A DNA stretch of 64,000 nucleotides from Octopus sinensis. Taxonomy: Eukaryota. Positions 13,949 to 27,975 of this stretch are shown here, piece by piece. Each line of letters opens with the position of its first letter. Position 1 is the stretch's first letter. The notes under the pieces were generated by a model. The model was not told the DNA's origin and did not search any database. It worked only from the letters and a program-made list of their open reading frames with translations. A program made the translations under genes and the position numbers. The stretch covers positions 77,438,001-77,502,000 of the forward strand of contig NC_042998.1 of assembly GCF_006345805.1 (NCBI RefSeq). Direction: 5' to 3'.

Positions 13949-14558
13949 CAGTGCTCCCTCTTTATAAGGCGTCTCGCTATACCGCGTCCCGGGCATATAA
14001 CACGGGTGGTTTGATGGACCCCAAATAATGTGAAGCAGAATTTCACTCATTATCGCTCACAACTTGCAAAAACCTTTATTAAAGGCAGAATTTCAGCGAA
14101 TTCTTACGAAATACATACCTTAATCAACAGCTTGAAAATATTGCAGTCGGTTACCATATAATTGGGTGCTAATTACATGTTTTGTGTGCATAATATTTTT
14201 TGATTTTGTGATGAAAACAACACCTTTTTGACCGGTAAGCGCTTTTGACAGCTTGTTTTCCACCATTTGACTGGATTGTTTGAAGAAGCTTCTGCCAATC
14301 AAAGGCTTCGAATGAGTCAAACAAATTAATATTTAAAGGAAGCAATTAACACTCTGGCGGTACGATTTATATAATTTCAAGCTATCTTGCAGATATTTAA
14401 AAATATTGCCATATGCATACACAATGCCTAAGAGGATATACTGTTCTGTAGAGGAAAAGTTAAATTTGGCTGACCGCATTGGAAATGGCGAAATGAAAGC
14501 AAAAATATCGAGAGAAAATGGTGTTCCAGAGTTCACCCTGCGTGGTTGGGTTAAGTAA
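13949..14558 (+). mobile_element. pogo/Tigger-like DNA transposon remnant (TIR plus N-terminal HTH)
   Basis: TA followed by CAGTGCTCCCTCTTTATAAGGCG resembles Tigger-type TIRs. ORF 14424-14558, MPKRIYCSVEEKLNLADRIGNGEMKAKISRENGVPEFTLRGWVK*, matches the pipsqueak/CENP-B-type HTH pattern. Confidence 0.7.
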
Positions 14559-14680
14559 TGATTTTTGAATCACCTAGTTGTCCGGATGTTTTGCGTTCTT
14601 GTCCCATTTTGTATTTTATTATATATATATATATACACACATATATATATATATATATGCACATACATACATACATATAT

Positions 14681-14733
<53 letters not shown>

Positions 14734-15258
14734 TGTATGTATGTGTGTGTCCGTGTGTAGAATTATTTAAAAATGCTTCTTAATACACACACAATTAGTG
14801 TAAATATGCAACAGATTAGAAATTCATCTTCTATAAATAATTGCTCCATGTAATGAACCACGAGACATTTCCACAAACGGAAAATTCGAAATATTCACGT
14901 TTCGTAAAATAAAGGAAGAAAATATTTAACAACAAACCGGAAGGAGAATACAAAATAAGAATTACATATCCGAAACTCACTGACAGATAGTCAACGTTGC
15001 TACTAAAAGCAATTATATTAAGGTTTAGGTTTGCACATGATTTTCGATGTTGCTCTACAGAAATATGTCATATTACCTGCAATGTCTTCAATTATTAATT
15101 AATCATAACTTACACACCCACTTAACACGTTTGTCTGAGAAGCTGTAAATAGCGAGAGTACTTCTACATTTCGAAAGCTTTTCTTAATGATTTGCAATTC
15201 TGTTTTATAATTTGTTTTATATAATTGAAAATTTTTAACTTAAGAGTATCTCTCACTC

Positions 15259-15316
<58 letters not shown>

Positions 15317-17859
15317 CACACACATATGTATATATGTGTGTATGTATGTATGTATGTATGTGTGTAGATATATGTACGATCTTGTATGCGCTAGCGCGTA
15401 CAGGTGCGCGCGTTTTTGTGTGTATGTATGTATGTGTGCAATCGCGAATGCGTGTTTGTATCAATATTCTATGGTTAGAAATATTCTTTTCTGCTAACTA
15501 TGTAATAAAATACTCTAGCAAAATGATTACTTGACTACTGAACATATTCCGACAACGTATAAGAAAAATTTTTTGTCATCAAACGTTAAGTTTTTGAACT
15601 CAATAATGACATTTTAAATTACCTGTTATTCTGAAAATTCGATATATATTTGGTGCTGAGTAGCTGATAGAGACGTTCTCAAACTTTCGAGGACGTTCAA
15701 GTGCTTTCTAGAATTTCTCATTTCACTCAACAACTTTCTTCAATTCTTTAGAAATTAGCAGTAATATAAATAGTAATAAAATTACAGGGACCTATAAACT
15801 CACCGTTTCTGTTTAGTTCTAGCTGTCTATCTACTTTTAGTGAGATAATGTCCCGAGGCTGTGAGCACTAGCCTGGCTTATTTTACTATGTTTGTGGAGC
15901 ACTTATCATATTTATCAAGACAACAATGGAAAAATACTGTGATCTATCTAAAATAAATGATTACAAAATATATTTTGTCATGTCTGTTGGTGACCAAAAC
16001 CTTTTCTGTTAACGTCATGTCACCTGCATGCAGTGCAGAAAGTTCTAGAACGTAATATGTACTATCTTTTCTTACTTGAAAAGTGCATGTGTGTACCATA
16101 ACAAAAGTTATTTTTAAAAATTTTAAACTTCCAAAGCATTAATTACCAGTATTTTAGAAAATACCGATCGGATTTAAAACATGCTTTCGGGAATATTTTC
16201 CCCTTTATTGACAGGTAAAATAAAATTAATTCTTCGCAACAACAGTTTTGGTTTTAATCTTTTAGAGGAGGATACAGAATGTAAGAAAGAACCGCCAAGT
16301 TTACTATCCCAAGAATTAAGTAAGAACCTACTTAAAATTAAAGTCAAACCCATGACATTTATGCACTTTTTTTTCGTAAAGATAAAGCTAAAATTTAAGA
16401 GGTGCGTAAATTTGATGAATAGATCATGTAGTTGAAAAAAGACGTACAAAACGTAAACATTCGGACAGGAAGTTGGCTCATTTAATGTCAGAATCGGTTT
16501 TTACAGAAAAAACAATGGCTTAAATATAATGAAGTTAACTTTTATTATGCTGGACGGTATAATGCTTACTTTTTCTGTATAAATTTAATAAAACCATTAA
16601 ATTGTTAACTACTTTTTGAAGTCTGGCGTCCATGCTGGTAAACACGGTCTGGGCAATATTTTACATTGCTTGGAGCTTCTACGTATCGCAATGGAGCACC
16701 AATGACATACATAGGGCTATGGATCTTCCTGACCGAAATAAATATAATATGTAGAATCTTGATTGCATGGTTTTTATTTTTGTCTGTTTATTCCTAGGCA
16801 CAGTTTTGAGTTTGTCGTTCTGTTTACGTAATTTCTAACATTGGGTTCATTAAGATTAAAATGCCTTCCGGTAACTCTATTGCCAAGTTCAAATGTATAT
16901 TCAACATATTTAATTTCGCATTCACAGTAAACGACTCCATAAGTTCTGCCCATACTTAAAATAGGGATAATTTTGAAGTTTGCTTGACATTTGATAAGTG
17001 TGAAAGCGATTAAAATTTATATTCTCCGTATCAAATTTTCCGACAAGAATATGCGGAAAAGAATCCTGTTCATATAATCAGTTTGATCGGTCACCTTCCT
17101 CTGTCGGTTAAGTAAAGTGTCATCCAAGGTGATGTTTATTGGTAGTTAAACTTAATTTGCAACACCTGTGCGTATTTATCAGCTTTGTTTTTGTTGGTAA
17201 TTCTTATTAGCAATTTGGCCATGGAACGTGGTTTGAGAAGACATACAGCAGTATGCTAAAGATCGGACATAATCTCTTGTGAGCAAGGGATGAAAAATAA
17301 TGTTTATCATAAACAACACAAACGCTTTGTAATTTAATGGCTTTCAGTGTGATACCTGTTAAACAGAAATTATATTTATCTAATGAAAATTTAATAAAAT
17401 CTAATCATAAGTAAATGGAATTATGCTAAATAAAACTAAATTCAAATCTTTTTTCTCCTGGCTATATCAGCAATTCTGAAAACGTTTCGGTGTGAATTTT
17501 CACATGGGCAGAAACTTTTTTAACAAATTTTGTCCTGAAAATCACCTACGTAAATTACACAGGTGCGCACATTACATAGGTTTTACGGTAACTGCTACTT
17601 CATGAACTTTTCCAAACGTTGCGATGACAAACATTCATCTGGTAACATATATCCACACCCTGCAGAGAGAGAGGGGAGTGCACGAGAGGGAGAGAGAGGA
17701 TGAGAGAGGGGGAGCAGCATATCAGAATAGGAGGCCGTAGGTACAATGTAAGAAAGGCAGAAATGCAACCTAGTAGATGTGATTAAAGATCACATTTACT
17801 AGATGCCCTATCTTGGCCTCTTGCGAAGTCCAGTACCGTGATATTGAAACTATGCTCAA

Positions 17860-18800
17860 ACAAAAGAAGCTGTTAGATGTAGCTCATAATTAAGGGGAAT
17901 CAGACGTTTTACGAGTTTCTCGATTTATCAAGATGCGCTCTGCAGCTGCTAGCATGTGACCAATATATTTGAGGCAATTAAACTTCTTTGTAACCTAACC
18001 GAATGGCACCTATTCATTGACAGCTTGCTGCTTCATAATGGAAATAAATATATATCTCTTTCTCTGGATCACTTAGCGACACTCAAACGAAGAACACAAC
18101 AGTGCCAATGTCTTGCTATATGTCTTTAAATGTGATGAGAAAAGCTAGGAACTCCCCGGAGACTTAGAATAGTGGAATTACAGATAAATCTTTCAAACAA
18201 TTTTATAAAGTTTTTCTACTGTTTTGCCTATGAGACAACAATGGAAATACAACGGGGCTTTATCAGAGCTGGCATTAGCTACATGGAATTGAACTCAACT
18301 TTGCGAATAACATTGTGAGGTGTGTACCACTGGCGAACCATGGAAGTTGTTGTAACCATAACTGCATATAAAATTGGATCTTGTGATGTAATTTTTCACG
18401 GCTCTAGTTAATATGTCTGCAGGTATAAACGTCTTCAGCACTTCTTGACCAAGCTTTTTGAGGCAAAGCTCAAAGCAGGTGTGACTGTCAAACCACACTT
18501 AGAAAAGGTATCGAAATGCACGAAATTGCTCAATAATTTTATTAGGAAAGAGAAAGCAGGTTGTGACTGCTTTGCCGCGTTGATACAATATTTACTGTGA
18601 AATCACGAAACAAAAAACTATGCAGAGTAGGACTGTTGCAGATCTATGGCAAAATGGGCTGCAGATTATGCCTGAAGATACATCTCATTGACGAAAAATG
18701 GTCACAGCTTCTACCAGCATATACTCGATTTTAGACACTACTACCATAGGGTGCATAATGAAAACATGGTGGAACAATGTGTTTCATGATTGATATGTGA
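17860..18800 (+). mobile_element. Degraded DDE transposase, probably CMC/Chapaev3-like
   Basis: Fragments in order: VTNIFEAIKLLCNLTEWHLFIDS, LLLHNGNKY, FEAKLKAGV, RKEKAG, HETKNYAE, KMGCRLCLKIHL, FYQHILDF..HNENM. They match the EWRLFIDSS..LLHNGN transposase family; the superfamily name is from memory. Confidence 0.7.
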
Positions 18801-19801
18801 ATGGGATTTACATTGCAATCGCAGATCTCGAAACTCGACGCACTTATGAATTTTTGTGTTCACTTTAAGTATAAATGCTTGTTAAAAGTAAGTATAATTA
18901 CATGTTAAATTTGATTTTTATATTATTTACACTGAGGTTAAGTGAATGAAAACGAGCAAATTCACTCGATTTCCCATAGGAAATAGATGACGCTCATAAT
19001 ACTATTATACACAACATAAAAGCGAAAGGAAATAATAGCAATTTTCTGTAGTTTTTCAACACAGGCAATTAAGAGATAACTAACGAAGGCCAATAAGCGT
19101 GTTGCATAATATAATTCCTTTATCGTATGAGAGAGGAGTACTTCATCGTTGGTCACACTTCTTTTTTGTAAAAGGCTAGTAGTTGTTGGGATTGAATTAT
19201 TCTGTAGCTCCGAAGAGAAAAGTCAGGAACTTTTATGCATTCATCACTTTGTTGAGGATATGATATCGCTACAATGATAGAAAACACTAAGAGCTGAATA
19301 ATTATAAAATTTTTGATTTGCATGTCGCTCATGTCGGAGTGGTATCAAAGTTTCTTTGCTTGACATGTGTAGTGATTGTCGCTTTCTCATGATGGGAGAT
19401 CAAGGTTGACATGACACCACTCAAAAATCTTGCAGAGGTCTATAGAAGAGTTAATATTTGGAGTACGTTATCGAGGTTGCACGATGATACTAACAAGGAA
19501 ACAATTGTGCTCCTGTGTGTATATGTGTATATGCGCGTAAATATGTGACTTTTTGTATGTAATAGAATGTATACTAGAGTAGCAATCCCCAAATAAGTAC
19601 ATTTGATATATTTGTTTTGTCTCTGCATTGCTTACACAAAGGCATCTTAAATGCTTAAAGGCATAAAAACGGAAAGAATATAGTACTCATTTTTAAATAA
19701 CATTATACCTTGCAGTATTACATCATATGAAGGATATTTTTGTCGATGTCAGAACCAATTTAATAGTTTCCTCAAATAATGCTGTTATCTCAATTATCTC
19801 A

Positions 19802-19888
<87 letters not shown>

Positions 19889-20748
19889 ATACGAGTGTGT
19901 GTTTGAAATCTTTTGAAATCAAATTAAGTGACAGATTGTAAAATTGATTATATTAGAATACAAATTACAATATAAATTACAATAATGTGATTAAAGTCAA
20001 TAAAGATGGAAAAAAGTGAGTGAAGAGGTTTGAATATTTATTTGATACGTAAACTGATAATTTCGTCAATTACGTTATGTTTCAGAACAAGTTCCTATAC
20101 AATCTATTTAAAATATACCCTATGAAACTTCATAATTTTAAAAGAAAATAATCGGAAATTTCATTATATATATGTATATAAATAGATGCATAAATATGTA
20201 TGAATATATATATATACACACATACACACACACACACACATATATGTGTATATATATATATATATATAAAACATAGTAAAAAGGGTAATAAAAATAAATT
20301 ATTATTACCAGCGACCTAGCACAAAACACGAATTAGTCATTTGACTATACATTATTCATATATAAGTACATTAAAAGGCTTCCAATAAAGAAGCAAGTGC
20401 TAGAGACACAATTTATTGGATGGTCGTTGACTCTCAAGAGTTCCTCCGGCCTTTGACGGATTTTGTTTTTCATTCCGCAGGGTTTCCAATAAACACCCTC
20501 CTCACCAAGCAAGCTTGGTGGAGTTGCCGGTTTAGTCGCCGACGACCCGACCATATATACATACATATAAACATACACGCTCACTCCCGCACATACTAAC
20601 ACACACACACATACGCACACATATACATATATTATATATACTTGCATACACATACGTACCGCCCCGCACAAACATTAACACACACACACACACTTATGTT
20701 GGCGTGATAAAATAATTCACTCTAAGCACACGCAATTAAATTTATTAA

Positions 20749-21136
20749 AGGAGTGGCTGTGTGGTAAGTAGCTTGCTTACCAACCACATCTTTCCGGGTT
20801 CAGTCTCACTGTGTGGCAAATGTCTTCTACTATAGTCTCGGGCCGACCAAAGCATTGTGAGTGGATTTGGTAGACGGAAACTGAAAGAAGCCCGTCGTAT
20901 ATATATATATATAAATGTATGTGTGTGAATATGTTTGTGTGGCTGTGTTTGTCTCCCCAACATCGCTTGACAACCGATGCTGGTGTGTTTACGTCCCCGT
21001 AACATAGCGGTTCGGGAAAAGTGTACGATGGCATAAGTACTAGGCTTACAAAGAAAGAGTCCTGGGGTCGATTTGCTCTACTAAAGGCGGTGTTGATGCA
21101 TGGCCGCAGTCAAATATCTGATTCAAGTGAAAGAGT
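20749..21136 (+). mobile_element. tRNA-derived SINE family A, near full length, with internal (TA)n
   Basis: gtggctgtgtggtaagtagcttgc head with A/B-box-like motifs, body gcttgacaaccgatgctggtgtgtttacgtccccg, tail ...gaaagag; matches 52143-52540. Confidence 0.9.
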
Positions 21137-21519
21137 ACTAGTTCCTTAGTTCTGATTTTATCGGTTACTATTTTGTAGCTTCCTTGGTGAATGCATAATT
21201 CAACAGCAAAGCTATGATAATTTAGAGGACGTTGCAATTAATAAAAATCTACGGTTGTCTTTAGTGGAAACGATCAGAATGCCGCAAGTATTTGAATGTG
21301 AACGAAAGTGAATATAAAATGATATAAACCAAAACTTTACAAATTAATTACGCAAGAATCTAAGTATACAGTCAGGAAATTAAGTATTAGGAATAAAAGT
21401 GGTTTGTATATCTATTTTAATCATATGAGACTAATTCCATATGCGATTTCGCAATCTTATATGATGACGTTTTATCTTTTGTTTGTTTTAGTCATTAGAC
21501 TGCGGTTATGCCGAGGCAC

Positions 21520-21690
21520 TGCTTTGAAGAATTTGTAGTCGAACGAATCGAACCCAGTACTCATTTTTATTTTTCGAACCTGGTACTTATTGTATCGGTC
21601 TCTTTTTCAGAAGCGCTAGATTATGGATACATAAACAAAGCAACACTGGTCGACAAGTGATGGTAGGGTAGGAACATAGACACAAAGCAC
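21520..21690 (-). mobile_element. SINE family A 3' half
   Basis: Reverse complement of the family A tail (cattagactgcgg...gtacttattgtatcggtctc). Confidence 0.7.
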
Positions 21691-21759
21691 ACATCTTTCC
21701 CTCACTCTCTCACACTCTCTGTCTATCTCTCTGTATATATATATATATATATATATATG

Positions 21760-22086
21760 GAAGAATCCCTTCGGTCATGAATGACCATGGGATTGCACCT
21801 AGGAAGTTACCCTCCGAAGTACAAGTCCGAGCAAGGTTGTTTATGGAAGGCCAGCAGTCGCCCATGCATACCAGCCTCACCTCTCTATACCACTGATGTT
21901 ATCCAAGAGAAAGGCAAAGGCCAATACTGCTTGGCATCAGTGATGTCGCAACTCATTTCTACAGCTGAATGAACTGGAGCAACGTGAAATAAAGTATCTT
22001 ACTCAAGAACACAACACGCAGCTCGGTCCCGGAATCGAAATCACAACCTCCTGAACGTAAGCTCGACGCTCTAACCACTGAGGTCA
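21760..22086 (-). mobile_element. tRNA-derived SINE family C
   Basis: Minus-strand head tcagtggttagagcg...gatttcgattccggg (A/B boxes); the body matches 61800-62010 in the opposite orientation. Confidence 0.8.
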
Positions 22087-22807
22087 TATATATATATATC
22101 CAATGAAAAGTAGAAGACAAAAGAAAATTCTTTAACATATCTTAAATTATACACATATACATATATGCACCGGGCTTCTTTCTCTCTCCGTCTATTGAAT
22201 CCACTGACAAAACTTTGGTCTCCTTGACACTATTGTAGAATACACTTCGCCAAGGTACTACGCACTGAACCAGGTACGATGAAATTGGGAAGCAATCTTC
22301 TTACCACACAGTTACGACTCTGTCTATAATAAAAAATATCCATATATTCAAATGGTCGTTATTTTAAATTTGAGCTACGTTTGCATAGCGATGATTCCAG
22401 TTTCCAGTCTGATATCTATATGTGTATAACTTATAGGGAAATATCTATTCGAGCTGGTGTTCCGTGTGGCACACTAAGCTGATTATTTGTAATTGGAGAA
22501 ATTTGTGGCATTGTTCTTATACGAGTTTGAAAATTGTATAGCTATGTCTGTCGACATGTTATGTGAAACGTGCTGGTCTGCATTAATTTGATAGTTTTTA
22601 AATTGTATTTTCAGTTACATGATACATTTGTTCTGTGAAGCTACTTCACCTAAAGCTACCTTAGTCTACGTGAACATTTGAGTCATTGAACGGCATTTTA
22701 AACTAAATTCTTAGAAACACTATTAAATAATTTTGAAAATATTTAGTCCGCGTTTTTTTTGTATATAACAGATAGAAATATTTTTGTGTGTGAGAAAAAA
22801 AGGTGCT

Positions 22808-24690
22808 TTGTCTTTTCGTCCAAAGTCTTTCCATGCACGTCTTTTTGTCCGATGATTTTTTTTGTCGGACGAATTTTTGTCCGATTTTAAATAAACTATT
22901 TAGAAAACAGTGAAATATCGCTAATGATATATTCACAGAACTATAACGATTCTTGTTAAAGGATTTTTACTATTGTTCTTTTTTTCCTTCTCTGTTAATA
23001 GTTTTAAATTCTTTTTCTTTCTCTCTCTTAAGTATGGTGTTCTGTATAGGGAGTGCTGCATATTTAGTGTACACATTTTAAAATTATCCATCCCGAAATA
23101 ACAAAGTTCATAGTATCGACCAAAAGGAAAGAAAAGTAGTTGAAGAAAGTAATTACTTCTACGATTTTCATTCAAGTAATACAAAACTAGGAAAAGTATA
23201 ATGGAGATGTGAGAAAAGAACGCTGTGTTCAGTGCAAATTCACACGGTAACGAAAAATAATCAGGCGAAAACTATTTATTTTTCTAGTGAGCACGTTCAT
23301 TCAGCTGATGTAGATTCGTTAAATGCTAGAAAACCATTTGTAGAAATAAAGCATGAAGTGGTAGAAAACATAACAGCAAGTTCATGTAGCATTAGCGCGG
23401 CTAAGTTTACGTAGCTAACAGAAAATACTTGCTCTCAACTTCCTCGATTGCCTGTACGTTCAAGGACTATTCAAAAGTGCCGTCAAAAAATTCTGGATTT
23501 CCCGCTAACCCAGGGGCTAGAACTCGTTTTGAAATACTTGAACAATATAATAAACTTGATAATGGCGAACAGCTTCTGAGATACGATTCGAGTATCGAGG
23601 ATCAACAGCGCATAAAAGTATTTGCATCAGAAAGTGCTCTTCAGGATAAAGGATCATAGCCTCATTCGGCATGTGATGGAACGTTCAAAATTGTGCCAGA
23701 GCAGTGGTTTGAAATGTTTAGCATCCATGCACAAATTAAAGGTAGCAGTTTTCCGCGGGTCTTTGCATTACTGCCAAATACAATCAAGAAGAGATACGAA
23801 TTATTTTTCGAACAATTGAAAATTATGCAACCTAATACATATGATTGATATCATCGCAGATTTCGAAGTGGCATTAGGAATTCATTAGGAATTTTATTCA
23901 TCATTTCCTAATGTATCTATCGTGGCATGTTTGTTTCATTTGAGCAAATCAGTATTTCGAAAAATTACACATTTAGGCCTCAAAGAAAAATACAGTAAAG
24001 ATTCTGAATTCTGTCTCTGATGTTTTCAGCGTCAACTTTCCTACCAGTTGAAGATGTCGGAGAGGCTTATGAAGAATTAATACAAGTTGAAGAAATGCCA
24101 GTTGTGAAAGGACATGGAGCTAGACGAAGGAGAAGACCACCTACATTCCTGATAGCTGTATGGAATGTTAATCAGCGTATTCTTCAAGATCGTCCCAGAA
24201 CAAATAATGCTGCGGAGGGGTTTCATTCTGTGATGAAGCCTTTGGCGGGTGAAATACATTTGAATATTTCGAAATTAATCAAAACTCTGAAGGAAGGCTC
24301 AAAGTAAAATGATTCAAATTCTTCGTGAAGATCCATCAAATTCATTTACACAATATCGAAGAATACCTGAACACTGGTCATTGAATATGGGTCAACAAGA
24401 AAAATTAAGTTTTTGAAGAGTCTGGCATATAATTTGCATCAATTTTAAGTGATCGTAATAAATCTTTATATCTTATTACTTTTTGCAAATTACTTTTTTT
24501 AAATGCATTTTCCCACAGTATTTTACTTGAATCCTATCTATAAAATTCTCAGTGATTATTTAATTATGATGTTCATCTTGTTTCCTAGAAAACGTTTATT
24601 TAAAATTGGACAAAACGTTATCGGATCAGAAGACATGAACGAAGTAACATTGGACAAAGTGACATCAGACGAAAAGTTGGGTCAGAAGAA
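22808..24690 (+). mobile_element. Decayed MULE (Mutator-like) DNA transposon with terminal inverted repeats
   Basis: Shifted frames give WRCEKR (FLYWCH-like), ACDGTFKIVPEQWFEMFSIH, FALLPN, IADFEVA, ACLFHLSKSVFRKI and PRTNNAAEGFHS. 22808-22910 and 24577-24690 are imperfect inverted repeats (ttttgtccgattttaaataaac / gtttatttaaaattggacaaaa). Confidence 0.9.
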
Positions 24691-26181
24691 AAAAATATAC
24701 CATCTGGAAATTAAAAAAATTTTAGATATTTTTCAAAAGTGACGGAAAAATGTTTGAAAAGATACTTAAGATGAAAGACTGAGAAACAATGTACCGTCTT
24801 ATCGATATAAACTTCTAAGGGAAACCTGTAACCTACTAATTCTTGCATTCTTATATCTATAACCCAACAATATCGTAAAGTTCATCTGATTCGTTTGAAT
24901 CAACACAGACATAAAAGAAATAATTATTTTGTCATTTATTCCAAATTCGTAAATTTCCTATTTTCGTAAAATCAAAATTAACTTTATTAGCTTTGATTCT
25001 ATGTTTATGAACAGACATATATCATAATAGATTCAATGCAAGTCTGTTATTTGTTTTTATTTGTCACGGTGATATATATATATATATATATGTTTGCGTT
25101 AACATATGTGCTTTTATACTTTTAACTAAGCTGTGATACAGAGTACGCCTATAATTTATTTTATACACGCGCTGCGTGTATAAATTAATTAAAATTATTT
25201 GGATACAATGGACACAATGTTTTATAAAATCTCACGTTGGCAGAAAAAAAACCCAGTCTCTATACATTCTTTTATTCTTTTATGCATTTCAGTCCTAAAG
25301 TTGTAGCCCTGCTGGAGCGCCGCTAGTGATAAATACTCAAATACATATGCTTGTGATTGTGCACATACATACTTGTGTGCGTATGATTGTTCGTGTATTC
25401 ACACTGTTATTGCCTGTGAAAAAACGAAAAGTGGTGAATATTCACAGATCTGGCATTAACTCCAAGAACAGTTACGTATGTCTTTTCTCGGGGACAAGGA
25501 AAGAACAACAAATAAAACATTCAATGATAACTTACCGGTGAAATGTTTATCACGAATATTAAATGCTTGTAATTATAACAGATCACGAAATAACTGAAGT
25601 AGTAAGCGTTCTGTCCGGAAATGCGCCTCTGGATGCGGATGGTCTTAGAGCTCTCCTCCTTAAAACCGTCAAAGCCTAGCATGCAAACCCCATGAATATC
25701 GTATATCATACTTATTTAGATTCAAGCAACTTCCGGTGACTGCTGAAATGAGCTATAATAACACCTAAACATAAAGGCTGTACATAAACAAATGCACACA
25801 ATTATCACATTATCCCATTTTAGAATACTGTGTAAAAAGAAAAGCTTATATATGCGCACATGGATATATACATATATATTTAATCGGTTTCAGCTCAAGC
25901 TATTTTGGGGCACCACCGGATGTACATAGTACCGGCGTTATATGTTTAGAAAATCCTGGAAAAAAATATATATAAAAAGAATATCGTATTTATCTATGTA
26001 ATTAGGGTATACTCTATAAACAAAAAACCTCAATGTGACTTGTCACACTTACCACCTTGAAACAATCCACTGGTCAGTGTGACACACTGAACTTCTCAAA
26101 ATCTTACACTATACCAATTTATAGGTATATTTACACTCGCTCAAATATACACAGAAACACATACGCACTCGCACATGGGCA

Positions 26182-26227
<46 letters not shown>

Positions 26228-26228
<1 letters not shown>

Positions 26229-26345
26229 GTACGACGGGCTTCTTTCAGTTTCCATCTACCAGATCCACTTACAAGGTTTTGGTCGGCCCGAGGTTATAGC
26301 AGAAAACACTTGCCCAAATTGCCACGCAGCGGGACTGAAATCAGA
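26228..26345 (-). mobile_element. SINE family A 5' half
   Basis: cgacgggcttctttcagtttccatctacc...ggtcggcccgagg is the reverse complement of the family A head region. Confidence 0.85.
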
Positions 26346-26507
26346 ACTCTGAGTTTTATTATGACAACCAACTAATTGTCTCATATATTTATAGATAAAT
26401 ACCTCTATTTACATAATATCGTGGTCTCATTCATTCCTTTGTTGTCATGTTGCTATTATTAATATATTTGTGTATGTATATATATATATATATGTATATA
26501 TATATAC

Positions 26508-26581
<74 letters not shown>

Positions 26582-27119
26582 ACACACGAGCAATGTAGCT
26601 GGTTCTAAAGTATCTGAACGAGATATAAGTAGTATTAATACTAGATGATAACGTTCTTTTTTCCCTATAACATGGCTGTTCTACAAAGAAATATATTACT
26701 ACATTCTAACCCCAGGCAAACGACTTTTCCAGCTAGTTACCGAGACACAACTTGTGTCCAATAAATTTTGAGTCAGGGAGCAAATTACTACCCTCCAGCT
26801 TGACAAGACCGATAGACCTTGGTTTCTGAGTCTTTACCCTTCATCGTTACTGGATACCTGCCTCCTAGAGATGGCAGTCTATCATCCCTACTAACAATAT
26901 ATAAACGGAAGCGGCAGACATCCGGTAATCCAGTAATGACCAAAGTAGGTAGTACTAAAATTTTTATACGTGATATAAATAGTAACTATGCCAGACGGTA
27001 ATGTTATTTTGCCATTATATCATGGCTGTTCTAAACATACACACACACATGTAGATTTACATATATTTCTATTTCGAAATATCATAATTGTTAATCAGTG
27101 CTAAGAAGTTGAGCAGAAG

Positions 27120-27620
27120 ATCAGCATTAGATTTTGCCAAAAGCATGGCGATAGCTGCTCAGAGACCTGCGAAAATGTTTCAAAATGTTTTCATCGTTCT
27201 CACCACAATGAAGAACATGTGCAACTGAAACCTGTGAGTCGTTTTGATCAGGTGAAAACAGTTTGGGCCCAAATTAGAAAATACGCATCTCATACCCAAA
27301 TCTTCTGTGATAATGGACTGGACTGTACCATAACTAATCTGCACATCGTCTGACATCTCACAGATGGTAATTAAACGGTTTCCCCTTACAGCTTCACGTA
27401 CATCTGCGATATTTTTCTCAGTTCTGCTGGTTGCGTGTCTTTCAGAACGTTCATCAATATCGACATTTTTCGGTCATTTTTGGAAACGTCTTAACCGCTC
27501 GTACACTTCTTTGCGGCTCATGCACTCCTCTCCATACACTTTCTGCAACGTTGCGTAGTCCTCTGAGCAGATATCGCCATGTCAACTTTCTCTGTCAAGG
27601 TCAATCTGACAATTTCAGGC
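27120..27620 (-). mobile_element. mariner transposase N-terminal remnant
   Basis: Minus translation VDIDERSERHATSRTEKNIADVREAVRGNRLITI*EMSDDVQISYGTVQSIITEDLGMRR matches the mariner HTH region. Confidence 0.85.
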
Positions 27621-27844
27621 TACATACCTACCTTCCAAGCACTACTCTAAACAGCGGAAGTGAGCTAAAAAGTTACAACTTAGCTCGCATGCACAGTAGA
27701 ATTCAAGGTCCATCTTTGCTTCACTCTGCGTGCTTTAGCATCGTTATTATGGCACCATTCCAGATACTTCTCGATCAAACCTCGTATTTCCATGTCAATC
27801 TAAATATATCCAAATTTCAATAAAACATAGCTTTCAAGTCTTGA

Positions 27845-27975
27845 CACGAGGCCAGCAATTTCGGTGGAGGAAAGGTTGATTAGATCGATCCCGTTGCTGG
27901 CCAGGTACTTATTTTATCGATCCCGAGAGGTTGAAAGTCAAAGTTGACCTCGGCGGAATTTGAAATCAGAACGCA
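27845..27975 (-). mobile_element. SINE family B partial copy
   Basis: ggtacttattttatcgatcccgagaggttgaaagtcaaagttgacctcggcggaatttgaa matches the 7134-7707 unit. Confidence 0.8.

Noticed and set aside
18672-18705. CTGAAGA...GAAA...GTC hammerhead look-alike
   Set aside because: Stems I and II do not pair, and it lies within the decayed transposase coding sequence.
20749-20830. tRNA gene
   Set aside because: The A/B-box-like head continues into a multi-copy SINE body; no complete cloverleaf.
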